Source: Turneriella sp. (GTDB lineage Bacteria > Spirochaetota > Leptospiria > Turneriellales > Turneriellaceae). Taken from it: DNA of 64,000 nt. Numbering within the stretch: the first letter of the stretch is position 1; each line of letters starts with the position of its first letter. Under the pieces are notes generated by a model. That model was given only the letters and a program-made list of their open reading frames with translations. It was not told the DNA's origin and did no database searches. A program made the position numbers and the translations under genes. Where the stretch lies: the NCBI GenBank assembly GCA_965279515.1, contig CBDIID010000003.1, positions 480,001 to 544,000 of the forward strand, written 5' to 3'. Positions 27,241-35,857 of this stretch are shown here, piece by piece.

Positions 27241-27258
27241 GGTCGTACTTGCCGACGA

Positions 27259-27510
27259 TTACGCAACTTGCCGATCTTTCATAAAAAAATTTTCATCAAA
27301 CAGGTCGAGTTGCTGCAGTTTGGAGCGCTTGAATGTGCGCGTCATGAAATTATCGAGAGCGGATTGCGTGATGACTTGCTTGCGGTTCGAATAGCGGTGT
27401 GCTTCGAGAAGACCCCAAGCGATATAATTTGTTACGGTGCGATGGCAGACGCCTAATTTTCTCGCAGTTTCAGGGACGGAAAACTTCTCTTCATCGAGAG
27501 CGGTCACCAT
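27259..27510 (-). CDS. Excisionase/MerR-type HTH DNA-binding protein
   Basis: FSVPETARKLGVCHRTVTNYIAWGLL. Confidence 0.8.
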   Translation of the reverse strand: MVTALDEEKFSVPETARKLGVCHRTVTNYIAWGLLEAHRYSNRKQVITQSALDNFMTRTFKRSKLQQLDLFDENFFMKDRQVA

Positions 27511-27579
27511 TGAGAACGAAGGTGCACAAAAAAACTCGCGCCGTCAAGGAATAATCCAGTTCGTTGCGACGCGGCAAAA

Positions 27580-28005
27580 TTATCTCAGGTCGAGAACGCC
27601 GCCCATGATTCTGAAATCAGAGTCTTCTCCCACGATCTCAAATTGCTTATAAGTGCCATCAGAAAATTTTACTGTCAGTTGACTGACACCAACTCCTTCG
27701 AACTTCATATTACAGTATCGACTATCTTTTCCTTTACCTAATTCCTTCATGAACCTTGTGTACGCGTCGATTAAGATAGCATCGCTTTCCTCTTCTGATT
27801 TGCGTTTCTTTTTGAGCGAATGTTTTGCGTCTTCCAAAATTTCTTCTTGGTTCAAAAACCCCTCGTAGATTTCTGTTTTTTTCTCGCAGACTGCTAAGAT
27901 GAATTTGCTGAGTGTAGCCGACGTTTCAATCGGAGACCTCCGATGAATGCTCGCCGTGATGGACACAGTAACCAATGCCGACGCGAAAAATATTGAAAGT
28001 TTCAT
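27580..28005 (-). CDS. AT-rich exported protein downstream of repressor
   Basis: GGAGG SD, signal-peptide-like N-terminus, visibly lower GC. Confidence 0.65.
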   Translation of the reverse strand: MKLSIFFASALVTVSITASIHRRSPIETSATLSKFILAVCEKKTEIYEGFLNQEEILEDAKHSLKKKRKSEEESDAILIDAYTRFMKELGKGKDSRYCNMKFEGVGVSQLTVKFSDGTYKQFEIVGEDSDFRIMGGVLDLR

Positions 28006-28018
28006 TTTTCCTCCATGC

Positions 28019-28777
28019 CTACTTATTATTTAGACGAATAACGCCAAGATACCGGCCGACGATCTTCGGGAAATCTGTGCCGGTGATATCGCGATCTGGG
28101 AAGTTCGGATTTTCTGCGCGCAATGTAAACCTGCCGTTGTCGCGCAAGAATCGTTTCAGCGTCGATGCCCCGTCAAGGCTGATCGCGACGATTTCTCCCG
28201 ATGCTACCGAAGCCGGATCTTCGACGAGACTCATGATCGCGAGATCGCCATCTAAAATGCCAGCGCCGATCATGGACTCGCCACGAACGCGAAGTGCGAA
28301 CACCGTGCCCTTGCGACGCAGAAGCTTCCTATGAACAGAGACCGATTCCTCTGCGTGCTCAATTGACTCCATGGGGTTGCCCGCTGCAATTCGGGCCACA
28401 ATAGGGATTTTTACAAAATCTTCATCGTTAGAGTCGTCTGCCTTTTGAATACGTACTAAGTTTTTTCTTCCCAAGAGCTCAATCAGCCGCTCGATCGTTT
28501 TGCGCTCGTCACCACCAAGGTCATCGAACGGACCCTGATCACCTCGGTGCACCGAATCACCAGCAGGACCGACCTTCATTTCGCCGTCCCCGGTGAGAAG
28601 CCAGTCTAAGTTTATATCGTACTTTTCGCGAATCTTAAGCATGACCGCTTGGGACAGGCCGGATCGCCCCTTAAGAACATCGGTGATATAGCCAGCCGTC
28701 ACATCCAAAGCGGCGGCAAAATCCTTTTGGGAAAGGCCTGCTTTATCGATTACTTGGCCGAGTCGCTCAGAAAGCAA
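28019..28777 (-). CDS. CI/LexA-like phage repressor (HTH + S24 peptidase)
   Basis: LSQKDFAAAL HTH, IAAG cleavage site, VRGESM and TLKR catalytic motifs. Confidence 0.93.
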   Translation of the reverse strand: MLSERLGQVIDKAGLSQKDFAAALDVTAGYITDVLKGRSGLSQAVMLKIREKYDINLDWLLTGDGEMKVGPAGDSVHRGDQGPFDDLGGDERKTIERLIELLGRKNLVRIQKADDSNDEDFVKIPIVARIAAGNPMESIEHAEESVSVHRKLLRRKGTVFALRVRGESMIGAGILDGDLAIMSLVEDPASVASGEIVAISLDGASTLKRFLRDNGRFTLRAENPNFPDRDITGTDFPKIVGRYLGVIRLNNK

Positions 28778-28795
28778 GCTCTACCGCCTTGAAAT

Positions 28796-28846
28796 ACGAT
28801 AAAATCTTATTTTTTATTTGACGATAAGTTTTAATCTTATTACCTT
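28796..28846 (+). promoter_or_regulatory. Early promoter with putative repressor operators
   Basis: TTGACG (28818)-17 nt-TACCTT (28841); ACGATAA and AATCTTATT each occur twice across it. Confidence 0.6.
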
Positions 28847-28849
28847 GCC

Positions 28850-28942
28850 TCGGTTGCTGCTGCTGCTAATCGAGTGCACGTCGTGCACTCGAACGCGGCG
28901 GCAACACCGACCCGGCCACGAGGCCAAGCTACAAGGCCGGGT
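28850..28942 (+). ncRNA. Structured 5' leader or small RNA candidate (two hairpins)
   Basis: Perfect 11-bp-arm palindrome 28870..28892 inside a longer GU-containing stem; second stem ACCCGGCC/GGCCGGGT. Confidence 0.45.
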
Positions 28943-28973
28943 AAAGTATAAATGAGAGCAAGGTAGGGGGATT

Positions 28974-29567
28974 ATGTCACATAGCGAATCGCCAGTTAAT
29001 CTGGTTTCAAAAGCACGAAATCGGGCTGCTCAGACTCTAAGGGCTTTAGCCAATGCTCTAAGCCCCGCTTTAGAAACAGGTCTTTTAACAACTCTGGCGA
29101 CGATATGCCGGGATGTAAGAAAACTGGAAAAACAGATCTTCGATCTGCAAAATAGGTTTGGATCGCTTCATCGGAATGTTCACTCATCAGGCGATTATTC
29201 GCCACGAAGCGCACCTTCACCTGTTGAAGAAGAGATAAATTCAACAATCGAAGAATGTATCCTCCAAACTCGCGGAAGTCGTGGCGCGAGCATCGACCGC
29301 AAAACTTCTGCGGTGCGCAGGGAAATCCAGAACAGCAACGCGGGCATCCAATCATCAAAGGCCCTTTGCAATGCACGCACCAAGTCGGCGCATGGTGATC
29401 GTCGTAGTACTCGCTCGACTTATCGCAATCGAGACACAAAGCATAACGTGACGGGCTCTCCAGTGGGCTCAGTCGCATCGAAAACAAATCGGATTTCTTC
29501 ACCTTCACGAAACGGACTATTAGAGGCCAGCCTCAAAGTGGCAAACAAAAAAGGAGACCACACATGA
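28974..29567 (+). CDS. Possible first early ORF, overlapping an antisense gene
   Basis: G-rich SD and ATGA coupling to next gene, but Ser/Arg-rich C-half. Confidence 0.4.
   Translation: MSHSESPVNLVSKARNRAAQTLRALANALSPALETGLLTTLATICRDVRKLEKQIFDLQNRFGSLHRNVHSSGDYSPRSAPSPVEEEINSTIEECILQTRGSRGASIDRKTSAVRREIQNSNAGIQSSKALCNARTKSAHGDRRSTRSTYRNRDTKHNVTGSPVGSVASKTNRISSPSRNGLLEASLKVANKKGDHT
28996..29508 (-). CDS. Multi-CxxC zinc-ribbon protein
   Basis: CLDC, CVHC, CPRC and CGRC pairs. Confidence 0.6.
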   Translation of the reverse strand: MKVKKSDLFSMRLSPLESPSRYALCLDCDKSSEYYDDHHAPTWCVHCKGPLMIGCPRCCSGFPCAPQKFCGRCSRHDFREFGGYILRLLNLSLLQQVKVRFVANNRLMSEHSDEAIQTYFADRRSVFPVFLHPGISSPELLKDLFLKRGLEHWLKPLESEQPDFVLLKPD

Positions 29568-29854
29568 TTTCAACTACCGCCGACGCGCGCAAGGTTTTCA
29601 CCTGGCGCGACATACCGGTGAAGAGCCTACAATCCGTACGAGCGCGGCTGATAAAAAAATACGGCACGCTTTCACAGGCCGCTGCTGATCTGCGCATCCA
29701 TTATGTGCGACTCAGCCACGCCGTGAACGGACGGGAGTACCTGATATGGGTAATCACTATCCTTCAACGCGATCTCGAACTCACCGATCACCAGGTACTC
29801 ATGCTTTGGCCGCTGCTCAAAGCCTGGCCGAAAGAAGACCGGAGGGCAGCGTGA
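29564..29854 (+). CDS. Ner/Cro-like HTH regulator
   Basis: AGGAG SD; TLSQAAADLRIHYVRLSHAVNG. Confidence 0.7.
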   Translation: MISTTADARKVFTWRDIPVKSLQSVRARLIKKYGTLSQAAADLRIHYVRLSHAVNGREYLIWVITILQRDLELTDHQVLMLWPLLKAWPKEDRRAA

Positions 29855-30051
29855 CTCCTGAGATCATAGCAAAACTCGGCATGCTCTCATTCAATGAGGG
29901 CTGCGGCACTCTCACACCTGGCGAGAAAGCGGAGCTTGATCTAGTAAGCAAGGTAGATTGGGAATTGAGTCCCGCGGCGAGTGCATACCTAAATGCTTTC
30001 ATGCTGCAAGCTTACCGGCTCGGCGAGCTCGTCGCGCGAGGTGAAGCGTGA
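29851..30051 (+). CDS. Small early hypothetical protein
   Basis: GGAGG SD and GTGA coupling. Confidence 0.5.
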   Translation: MTPEIIAKLGMLSFNEGCGTLTPGEKAELDLVSKVDWELSPAASAYLNAFMLQAYRLGELVARGEA

Positions 30052-30242
30052 AAGAATCAACGCGCGCCTACGTGCTCGGCATGTCGATCGGCGGATTCTT
30101 CGGAGCGATCGTCGGCATGTTCTTTGTCGGCATCGTTCTCGGCGTCAGAATCGGCGCCTACGTTCACACCAAACTCGACGACCGCGGCCAGATCGTGCCA
30201 CGCACTTCTCAACAATGCAACATCAATGGAGGTTTTAAGTGA
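30048..30242 (+). CDS. Small single-TM early protein
   Basis: Gly-rich hydrophobic helix; coupled. Confidence 0.55.
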   Translation: MKESTRAYVLGMSIGGFFGAIVGMFFVGIVLGVRIGAYVHTKLDDRGQIVPRTSQQCNINGGFK

Positions 30243-30469
30243 AGGCAATTAAAGTCGAACTCAACAAGAAAGGCGAGTTCAATCTCAACGGGATCATCTT
30301 CTCCACCTGCGGCAAGCTCGCCGGAGAAACGGTGCGGATCAAACGGTGCGCGAAGAAGGTGCTGCTCGCGTACGGCAAAGAAGAGGTCAGCGCGATTCTG
30401 CCGGTCGGGTTTGCGAAGAGCATGGCGGTATACGCAAATATGGAGGTGCGCGATGCAAGCGCCAACTAA
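30239..30469 (+). CDS. Small early hypothetical protein
   Basis: GGAGG SD; coupled. Confidence 0.55.
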   Translation: MKAIKVELNKKGEFNLNGIIFSTCGKLAGETVRIKRCAKKVLLAYGKEEVSAILPVGFAKSMAVYANMEVRDASAN

Positions 30470-30659
30470 TCCCTGGAAAATGGCGGATCTGGTGCCCAAA
30501 GAAGGCTCGGTGTTTATCCCCGGATTCACGCCAGAGAAGACAAGGCCGGTTACAATATTCACGAGCAACGATTTCACTTATGAAATCGGCCGAAGCACCA
30601 ACGGCCGAGTCACTGCGCTTTTTCACCGTAATTTAAAAACAGGAGAGGCAAAACTATGA
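30453..30659 (+). CDS. Small early hypothetical protein
   Basis: GGAGG SD before ATG at 30453. Confidence 0.5.
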   Translation: MQAPTNPWKMADLVPKEGSVFIPGFTPEKTRPVTIFTSNDFTYEIGRSTNGRVTALFHRNLKTGEAKL

Positions 30660-31318
30660 GACACATTTTACAACGCAAGCCCTGGCAATCCCAGCGCGAC
30701 AACCACCTGCACCCGAACGGTTCGTGCGGGCCGACGGCGACCATCAACGCACTGCATGCGGTCGGCCTCGAAATGCCGCGCGAAGACTTCGACCAGGAAG
30801 AAGACTTCTTCACCGACTGGCTGGAAAGACCCGAAGCCGTCGCCTACATGCTCACGCATTATCCGTTCGCCAAAGGAAGTACGCTACGCCCGCGCCATTT
30901 CGGAGAGATCTTAGCCTGGGGGGTGAACCAGATCATGAAGCCTGTCGTCGGCGCTGATGTGGCATTCCGCAAGGCACGTTCGATCACCGAAATGGCGCAG
31001 GCAATTTTTCGCGACCAGCCGGTGATCGTCAGCTGCAACTTCACCAGCGCCGGACACTTCATCTGCCTGGCGGGTGTAGAGATCGCGGATGATACCCCGA
31101 GCCTCGAAACGCTGACAGAAGATCAGATTCTTGCCTTCTTCGCTGACGACAGCTGGGGCGACTACAATGTGAACTACAAGAGCCGCGCCGGCGACAACGT
31201 TCGCTACACCATGCGCCTGATGCGCGAACTGATGAAGGGCGGCGACGGTTTCAAGTGGACCTCGAACCTGATCTCTAACCCGGCACACGACAAGGGCGGT
31301 TATGTTCCTGCTGCGTAA
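30656..31318 (+). CDS. C39-like cysteine peptidase
   Basis: SQRDN..SCGPT, GHFICLAG and DDSWG (Cys-His-Asp). Confidence 0.8.
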   Translation: MRHILQRKPWQSQRDNHLHPNGSCGPTATINALHAVGLEMPREDFDQEEDFFTDWLERPEAVAYMLTHYPFAKGSTLRPRHFGEILAWGVNQIMKPVVGADVAFRKARSITEMAQAIFRDQPVIVSCNFTSAGHFICLAGVEIADDTPSLETLTEDQILAFFADDSWGDYNVNYKSRAGDNVRYTMRLMRELMKGGDGFKWTSNLISNPAHDKGGYVPAA

Positions 31319-31451
31319 GTTTTTCAGCGCAGCGAAGCGCATGCTCGAATCACTCTCCGAGCAGTTCGAACCGGAATCGCCTGCCGACCGCGAGCTGCGC
31401 GAGGCCCGCGCTTCGCTCGTCGGCGAACGCGTGAGGAGGTCTCGCAAGTGA
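31302..31451 (+). CDS. 49-aa hypothetical protein; not in ORF track
   Basis: Fills the gap and is coupled to the next gene. Confidence 0.45.
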   Translation: MFLLRKFFSAAKRMLESLSEQFEPESPADRELREARASLVGERVRRSRK

Positions 31452-31675
31452 ACCACCTCTGCACCCTGATCCGTTGGTTTCTCGACAACCCGACTGCCGC
31501 ATATTTCGGCCGTGAGGTTTCGCAGAAAACCGGCATCAGTGAGCGCAACTGCTACCGATACCTGGGCTTTCTCACCGAGGAAGGCATTCTCGTCAAAGAG
31601 GCCCGGGCTTACAGATTCAACGCAAAACTCGCGGCCAAATTATACCGCGAAATAAAATTAATGCCGCAAGGCTAA
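31448..31675 (+). CDS. Winged-helix DNA-binding protein
   Basis: REVSQKTGISERNCYRYLGFLTEEGIL. Confidence 0.75.
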   Translation: MNHLCTLIRWFLDNPTAAYFGREVSQKTGISERNCYRYLGFLTEEGILVKEARAYRFNAKLAAKLYREIKLMPQG

Positions 31676-31684
31676 GAGGAAATT

Positions 31685-32506
31685 ATGGCGAAAAAAAATA
31701 CAGAAAACCAAATGGCAGAACTCAACATAGAGAACATGCCGAAGTCGGTGACCGATCCGGAAACGGGCCTTAAGGTCAAGGTCACCAAAGAAATGATCAT
31801 GGTTTTGATGAACGCCGAGCGCGTCATCACGACCAACATGGAGCAGCTGGCGCTCGCGCTCAAAACGATCCGCGACGATAAGCTATATCTGCTCTACGAA
31901 ATCGGCAGCATGGGCGAATACCTGGAGAAGCGGTTTTCTTTTTCAGAACGCTTCGGCTACAGCCTTCTGAAATTCGCCGACGTCTTCGGCGACAGTAAGC
32001 ATTTTTCAGAGATCATGCACCAGCCGCGCCGGCTGCTCGAACTGGCCTCGAAAGACGACAACCTGGCGAAGCAGCTGAAAGACGGCGAGGTCACGATGCC
32101 CGACGGTACCAGGCTCTCGCTCAAAGAGCTGAAAAAGGAATTCGCCAACGAACTGGTTTCTGAGCTCGAACGGACAAAATCTGATCTAAAGGCGACGAAA
32201 AAAGAAGCGCGCGAAAACAAGCAGCTGGCGGAAGAACAAGGCAAAACGCTCGCGCACTACGAAGACTCACTGGCCGAAGGCAACTTCAAGAAGATCACGA
32301 AGAAGAAAGAGGTCATGGCGGAGCTCTTCGCGATCGATGCGCAAGCGGCCGACATGGTTAAGCGCCTCGACTCCATCGAATCCGAAGAGCCCGAGGTCGT
32401 TTCGCAGCTCGTCAAAACCCTGACCGGCGTGCTCGCCGGATTCTCGCAGGTGCAGAACAAGCACATGCACCTCATTCTATCGGTGACACCTGACTCGAAG
32501 AACTGA
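31685..32506 (+). CDS. Coiled-coil protein upstream of transposase (DUF3102-like position)
   Basis: GAGGA SD; synteny of Mu-like early operons. Confidence 0.6.
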   Translation: MAKKNTENQMAELNIENMPKSVTDPETGLKVKVTKEMIMVLMNAERVITTNMEQLALALKTIRDDKLYLLYEIGSMGEYLEKRFSFSERFGYSLLKFADVFGDSKHFSEIMHQPRRLLELASKDDNLAKQLKDGEVTMPDGTRLSLKELKKEFANELVSELERTKSDLKATKKEARENKQLAEEQGKTLAHYEDSLAEGNFKKITKKKEVMAELFAIDAQAADMVKRLDSIESEEPEVVSQLVKTLTGVLAGFSQVQNKHMHLILSVTPDSKN

Positions 32507-32512
32507 GGCAAC

Positions 32513-34177
32513 ATGCACAAGTTGCCGACAGAGATCTTGAAACACGTAAAGGCCGCACACGCCGCCGCTACTCATTCGGAGAAGCGCGCTGTGCTCGGCA
32601 AATACGCGAATATGTACGCCACTAGCCCGGCGACGCTATACCGCAAAATCAAAGAACTCGACAAGGCGCCAACGGTCAGATTGCGGCGGTCCGATTACCT
32701 GAAACCACGAGTGGCAGACAAAGCCGTCTTCGAAAAGGACATGCAGGTCATCGCGGGCATAATGCGCGCACCGAGCCGCGAAGGCCAGGGCGAATTCTTG
32801 GCGGCAGAAACCGCACTCGACTTGGCGATCTCCGAAGAGTTGATCTCCAAAGAATACAACGTGCACACGGTCACTCGATGGCTGTCACGCATGGGCATGA
32901 GCCGCCGCGGCTTCCAGACAGAAAAGAAAGCTGTCAAACTTACGGCAGAGCATTCAAACCATGTCTGCCTCGTTGACGCCACGGTTTCGAGGCTCTACTA
33001 TCTGAGCACCACCGGCAAGGTTATTGCCGACTCTTCGATTGCGCGCGACCGCTCGCACGCCGACGATCGCATCAAGCGTCTGGGCCTGAAGAAGATCTGG
33101 CTCTACGTCGCAGTCGATCTTTATTCGAAAGCCTGGTGGTGCCGCGGCTTTGCTGATCTTCACCTCGGGGAAAACGCGGCCGACTATTTCGAATTTTTCC
33201 GCGAATTATTTCTGCCAAAACAGGGCGTCCCGATGCACGGCGTGCCGCGCGTCATTTACTCCGACCCCGGCTCTTCTCTCAAAGGCAAAATGATCGGTCG
33301 CATGTGCGACTACCTCGGCATCAAACTGATTCACCACATGCCACACCATCCGCGCGCGAAAGGGCCGGTCGAAGCGCGCATTCATGCCATACAACGCCAG
33401 GGCGAAGCGCTGCTCGCGCTGCTGCCCAAAGAAGAACGCCCGGCCGACATCGAAGCCTATAACTCTTTCATGCAAGACTTCGCGCGCAAGCACAACGCCA
33501 AATCTGGCGCATGGACTAAGTGGCATCAGAATACGGTCGGCTTAACTACGGTCTCCGAAAGCGACATAATACAATCTGTGGCGGAGCCCTTCACGCGCCT
33601 CATCGACGTGTGGGGATGTATCTCCGTCAACGCCGTTCAGTACGAGGTCGTCGATGGCCAAGAACTCATCGGTCAGCGTGTCGACGTCTGGCGCCGGCTG
33701 AACGGTAGCCTGGTGGTGCAGAGCGTCGATGGCCGGCTCTTTGCCGTGAAAGAAACCGGACCTGTCGAAGTCATCGCTGACGGTACCGACTACCACGGTT
33801 TCAAAAAGACCGAAGGCGAGGCGAACCGCGAGCTGGCAATCCTAGAGAGTAAAAAGTTCCACCGCACCATCTCGCGCGGAGCCGTGGCCCCAAAGAAACA
33901 GCAGGTACTTCACATTCCCGCGGCCGGCACGCCGCTGCAGAAAAACTCTGCGGTACCGCTGGAAGCTTACGAGGACAGCCAGTCGGCCTGGTTGTTTCTT
34001 GCGGAATACACCGGCTACGCCCGCGCCGAACTCTCTGACGAGACCCGCGACAAGATCGATAAATTCTTCGAGATCCTTCTGGGTATGACCCCGCCCGTGA
34101 TTCGCGGCGAAGATCTGATGCGCATCGCCAATTCTCTTAAAAATGATATCGTAAAGGAGCAAAAAAAACATGGATAA
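32513..34177 (+). CDS. DDE transposase (MuA-like)
   Basis: LVDAT / YSDPG / AKGPVE catalytic triad; N-terminal HTH and RRSD. Confidence 0.9.
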   Translation: MHKLPTEILKHVKAAHAAATHSEKRAVLGKYANMYATSPATLYRKIKELDKAPTVRLRRSDYLKPRVADKAVFEKDMQVIAGIMRAPSREGQGEFLAAETALDLAISEELISKEYNVHTVTRWLSRMGMSRRGFQTEKKAVKLTAEHSNHVCLVDATVSRLYYLSTTGKVIADSSIARDRSHADDRIKRLGLKKIWLYVAVDLYSKAWWCRGFADLHLGENAADYFEFFRELFLPKQGVPMHGVPRVIYSDPGSSLKGKMIGRMCDYLGIKLIHHMPHHPRAKGPVEARIHAIQRQGEALLALLPKEERPADIEAYNSFMQDFARKHNAKSGAWTKWHQNTVGLTTVSESDIIQSVAEPFTRLIDVWGCISVNAVQYEVVDGQELIGQRVDVWRRLNGSLVVQSVDGRLFAVKETGPVEVIADGTDYHGFKKTEGEANRELAILESKKFHRTISRGAVAPKKQQVLHIPAAGTPLQKNSAVPLEAYEDSQSAWLFLAEYTGYARAELSDETRDKIDKFFEILLGMTPPVIRGEDLMRIANSLKNDIVKEQKKHG

Positions 34178-35144
34178 GAAACAAGATTTTAGCGCGCTTG
34201 ATAAACTCGGCCTAATCGCCACGAAGTCGTTCGTGACGGCGAACCGCAAGATCAGGAACGCTGTAAAAAACGACACGATGCTGGCGGTGTATGCGACGCC
34301 TGGCATGGGGAAGACAACGATCAACCGCATCACGATCGGCCAGCTCAAAGAGTCGAGCCGGTACGTGGTAACGGAGATTCTCGCGTTCAACGAGTACCAC
34401 AACATCATCGGCTCGATTATCGACCGCATGATCGACGACATGGCGCATGAGAAACCGCGCTATAGTCTGATGGCGCGCATCGAACAGTTCAAGCGCGTGT
34501 TGATGGACACGGTCAAAAAAGGCAAGAAGGTCGTGCTCGTCATCGACGAAGCCCACAGGCTCAGCCGCGACACGCTCTACGGATTGAAGATGATCCACGA
34601 AATCGGGCACAGCTTCGGCCGTGAAAACCTGTTCAGCATCATCTTCTTCGGCCAGCCGCATTTCGCGCAGCTGATCCGCCCGCGTGAGCTCAACCTGCGC
34701 ATCGACCGCCACGAAGTCGAGCCGCTGTCAATGGCAGAGGCCGAAGAATACTTCCGCATGCGCAAGGCGAAGCTCAGCGAGAAGTCGCTGCAGAAAATCG
34801 TGCGCCGCGCGGGCCTCACGCCGCTCGGTCTCAAGCGCGCATGCAACGTACTGCTGGAGATCTCCGGCGGCGATCGCATCACCGACGAAGCGGTACGCCA
34901 GTACACCTCAGGCGATTTCTCCAAGGCACTTTCGAGCATGGGCCTGACGCTCAACCAGCTGGCGGGATTGATTCACCAGCAGACCGGCGAGCGCTACGAC
35001 AAGTCGACGCTCAGCAAAGTCATCAACGGCAACTACGACGGCAAGAAGGGCGAGGAGCTCAGCGACACGATCGGCGACATCCTCGCGCAACGCACAGAGC
35101 AGCCCGCCGGCAAAGGCAAATCGCAGATGAAGATCGCATCTTAA
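34170..35144 (+). CDS. Transposition AAA ATPase (MuB/ExeA-like) with C-terminal HTH
   Basis: TPGMGKT Walker A, VIDEAH Walker B, C-terminal DKSTLSKVING. Confidence 0.9.
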   Translation: MDKKQDFSALDKLGLIATKSFVTANRKIRNAVKNDTMLAVYATPGMGKTTINRITIGQLKESSRYVVTEILAFNEYHNIIGSIIDRMIDDMAHEKPRYSLMARIEQFKRVLMDTVKKGKKVVLVIDEAHRLSRDTLYGLKMIHEIGHSFGRENLFSIIFFGQPHFAQLIRPRELNLRIDRHEVEPLSMAEAEEYFRMRKAKLSEKSLQKIVRRAGLTPLGLKRACNVLLEISGGDRITDEAVRQYTSGDFSKALSSMGLTLNQLAGLIHQQTGERYDKSTLSKVINGNYDGKKGEELSDTIGDILAQRTEQPAGKGKSQMKIAS

Positions 35145-35160
35145 AAACCAACAGGAGGCA

Positions 35161-35304
35161 ATGAAGATGAAGAAAAAAACACCGGCCAAGAAAAGGCCAG
35201 CAGCACCGAAGGCCGTGATCGTGAAGAGCAACGAGGACGTTGTCGTCATGAAGAGCGCGCCGAAGGTTAAGAAAACCAAAGCGAAACGTGGGGGTTCCAA
35301 ATGA
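35161..35304 (+). CDS. 47-aa Lys-rich protein; not in ORF track
   Basis: AGGAGG SD; 15 Lys + 2 Arg; ATGA coupling to gam. Confidence 0.7.
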   Translation: MKMKKKTPAKKRPAAPKAVIVKSNEDVVVMKSAPKVKKTKAKRGGSK

Positions 35305-35852
35305 GACTCGCCACGGATTTACCGAATAACCGGTACGAGAACAAACAGGAGCTCGAGACCGCAATGAAACTACTCGGCGATCTTAACCGTGAGAAGAAGC
35401 GCCTCGAAACCGAGGCGAACGACAAGATCCAAGCAATTCAGGAACGCCTGGGGAAAGCCCTGGAACCACTAGACGCGCGGATCGTGCACATCGCCGACGG
35501 GATCAAATACTTCTGCGACGAAAATCGCGATAAGCTCTTCGGTACCGAGAAGACCCTCGAGCTGGTCACAGGCACATGCAGCTACCGCTCCGGTAAAAAT
35601 TCCGTCGACGGCAAGGGCATGGAGAAACTGATCCAGAAGGTAATTCAGGACGGCAAACTCACGAAGCCAGTGAACTCATTGCAGGCAAGGCTGATGAAGC
35701 TTTTCCTGAACATGAAGATCACAGCCGACAAAGAGCTGATCTTGAAATACCCGAAGCTCGCCAAAAAGCTCGGTTACAAAATCAAAAAAGGCGACGAACT
35801 TCTCTACGTTAAACCCTCACAGGTCGACGCTGAGATCGAAGTAGCTGCGTAA
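35301..35852 (+). CDS. gam: Mu Gam-like host-nuclease inhibitor
   Basis: Coiled coil then FCDENRDKLF..KTLELVTGTCSYR. Confidence 0.85.
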   Translation: MRLATDLPNNRYENKQELETAMKLLGDLNREKKRLETEANDKIQAIQERLGKALEPLDARIVHIADGIKYFCDENRDKLFGTEKTLELVTGTCSYRSGKNSVDGKGMEKLIQKVIQDGKLTKPVNSLQARLMKLFLNMKITADKELILKYPKLAKKLGYKIKKGDELLYVKPSQVDAEIEVAA

Positions 35853-35857
35853 GGTTT

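Noticed and set aside
34160..34172. A8 run at the transposase/ATPase junction as a frameshift fusion
   Set aside because: The ATPase is in the +1 frame, not -1, and has its own AAGGAG SD
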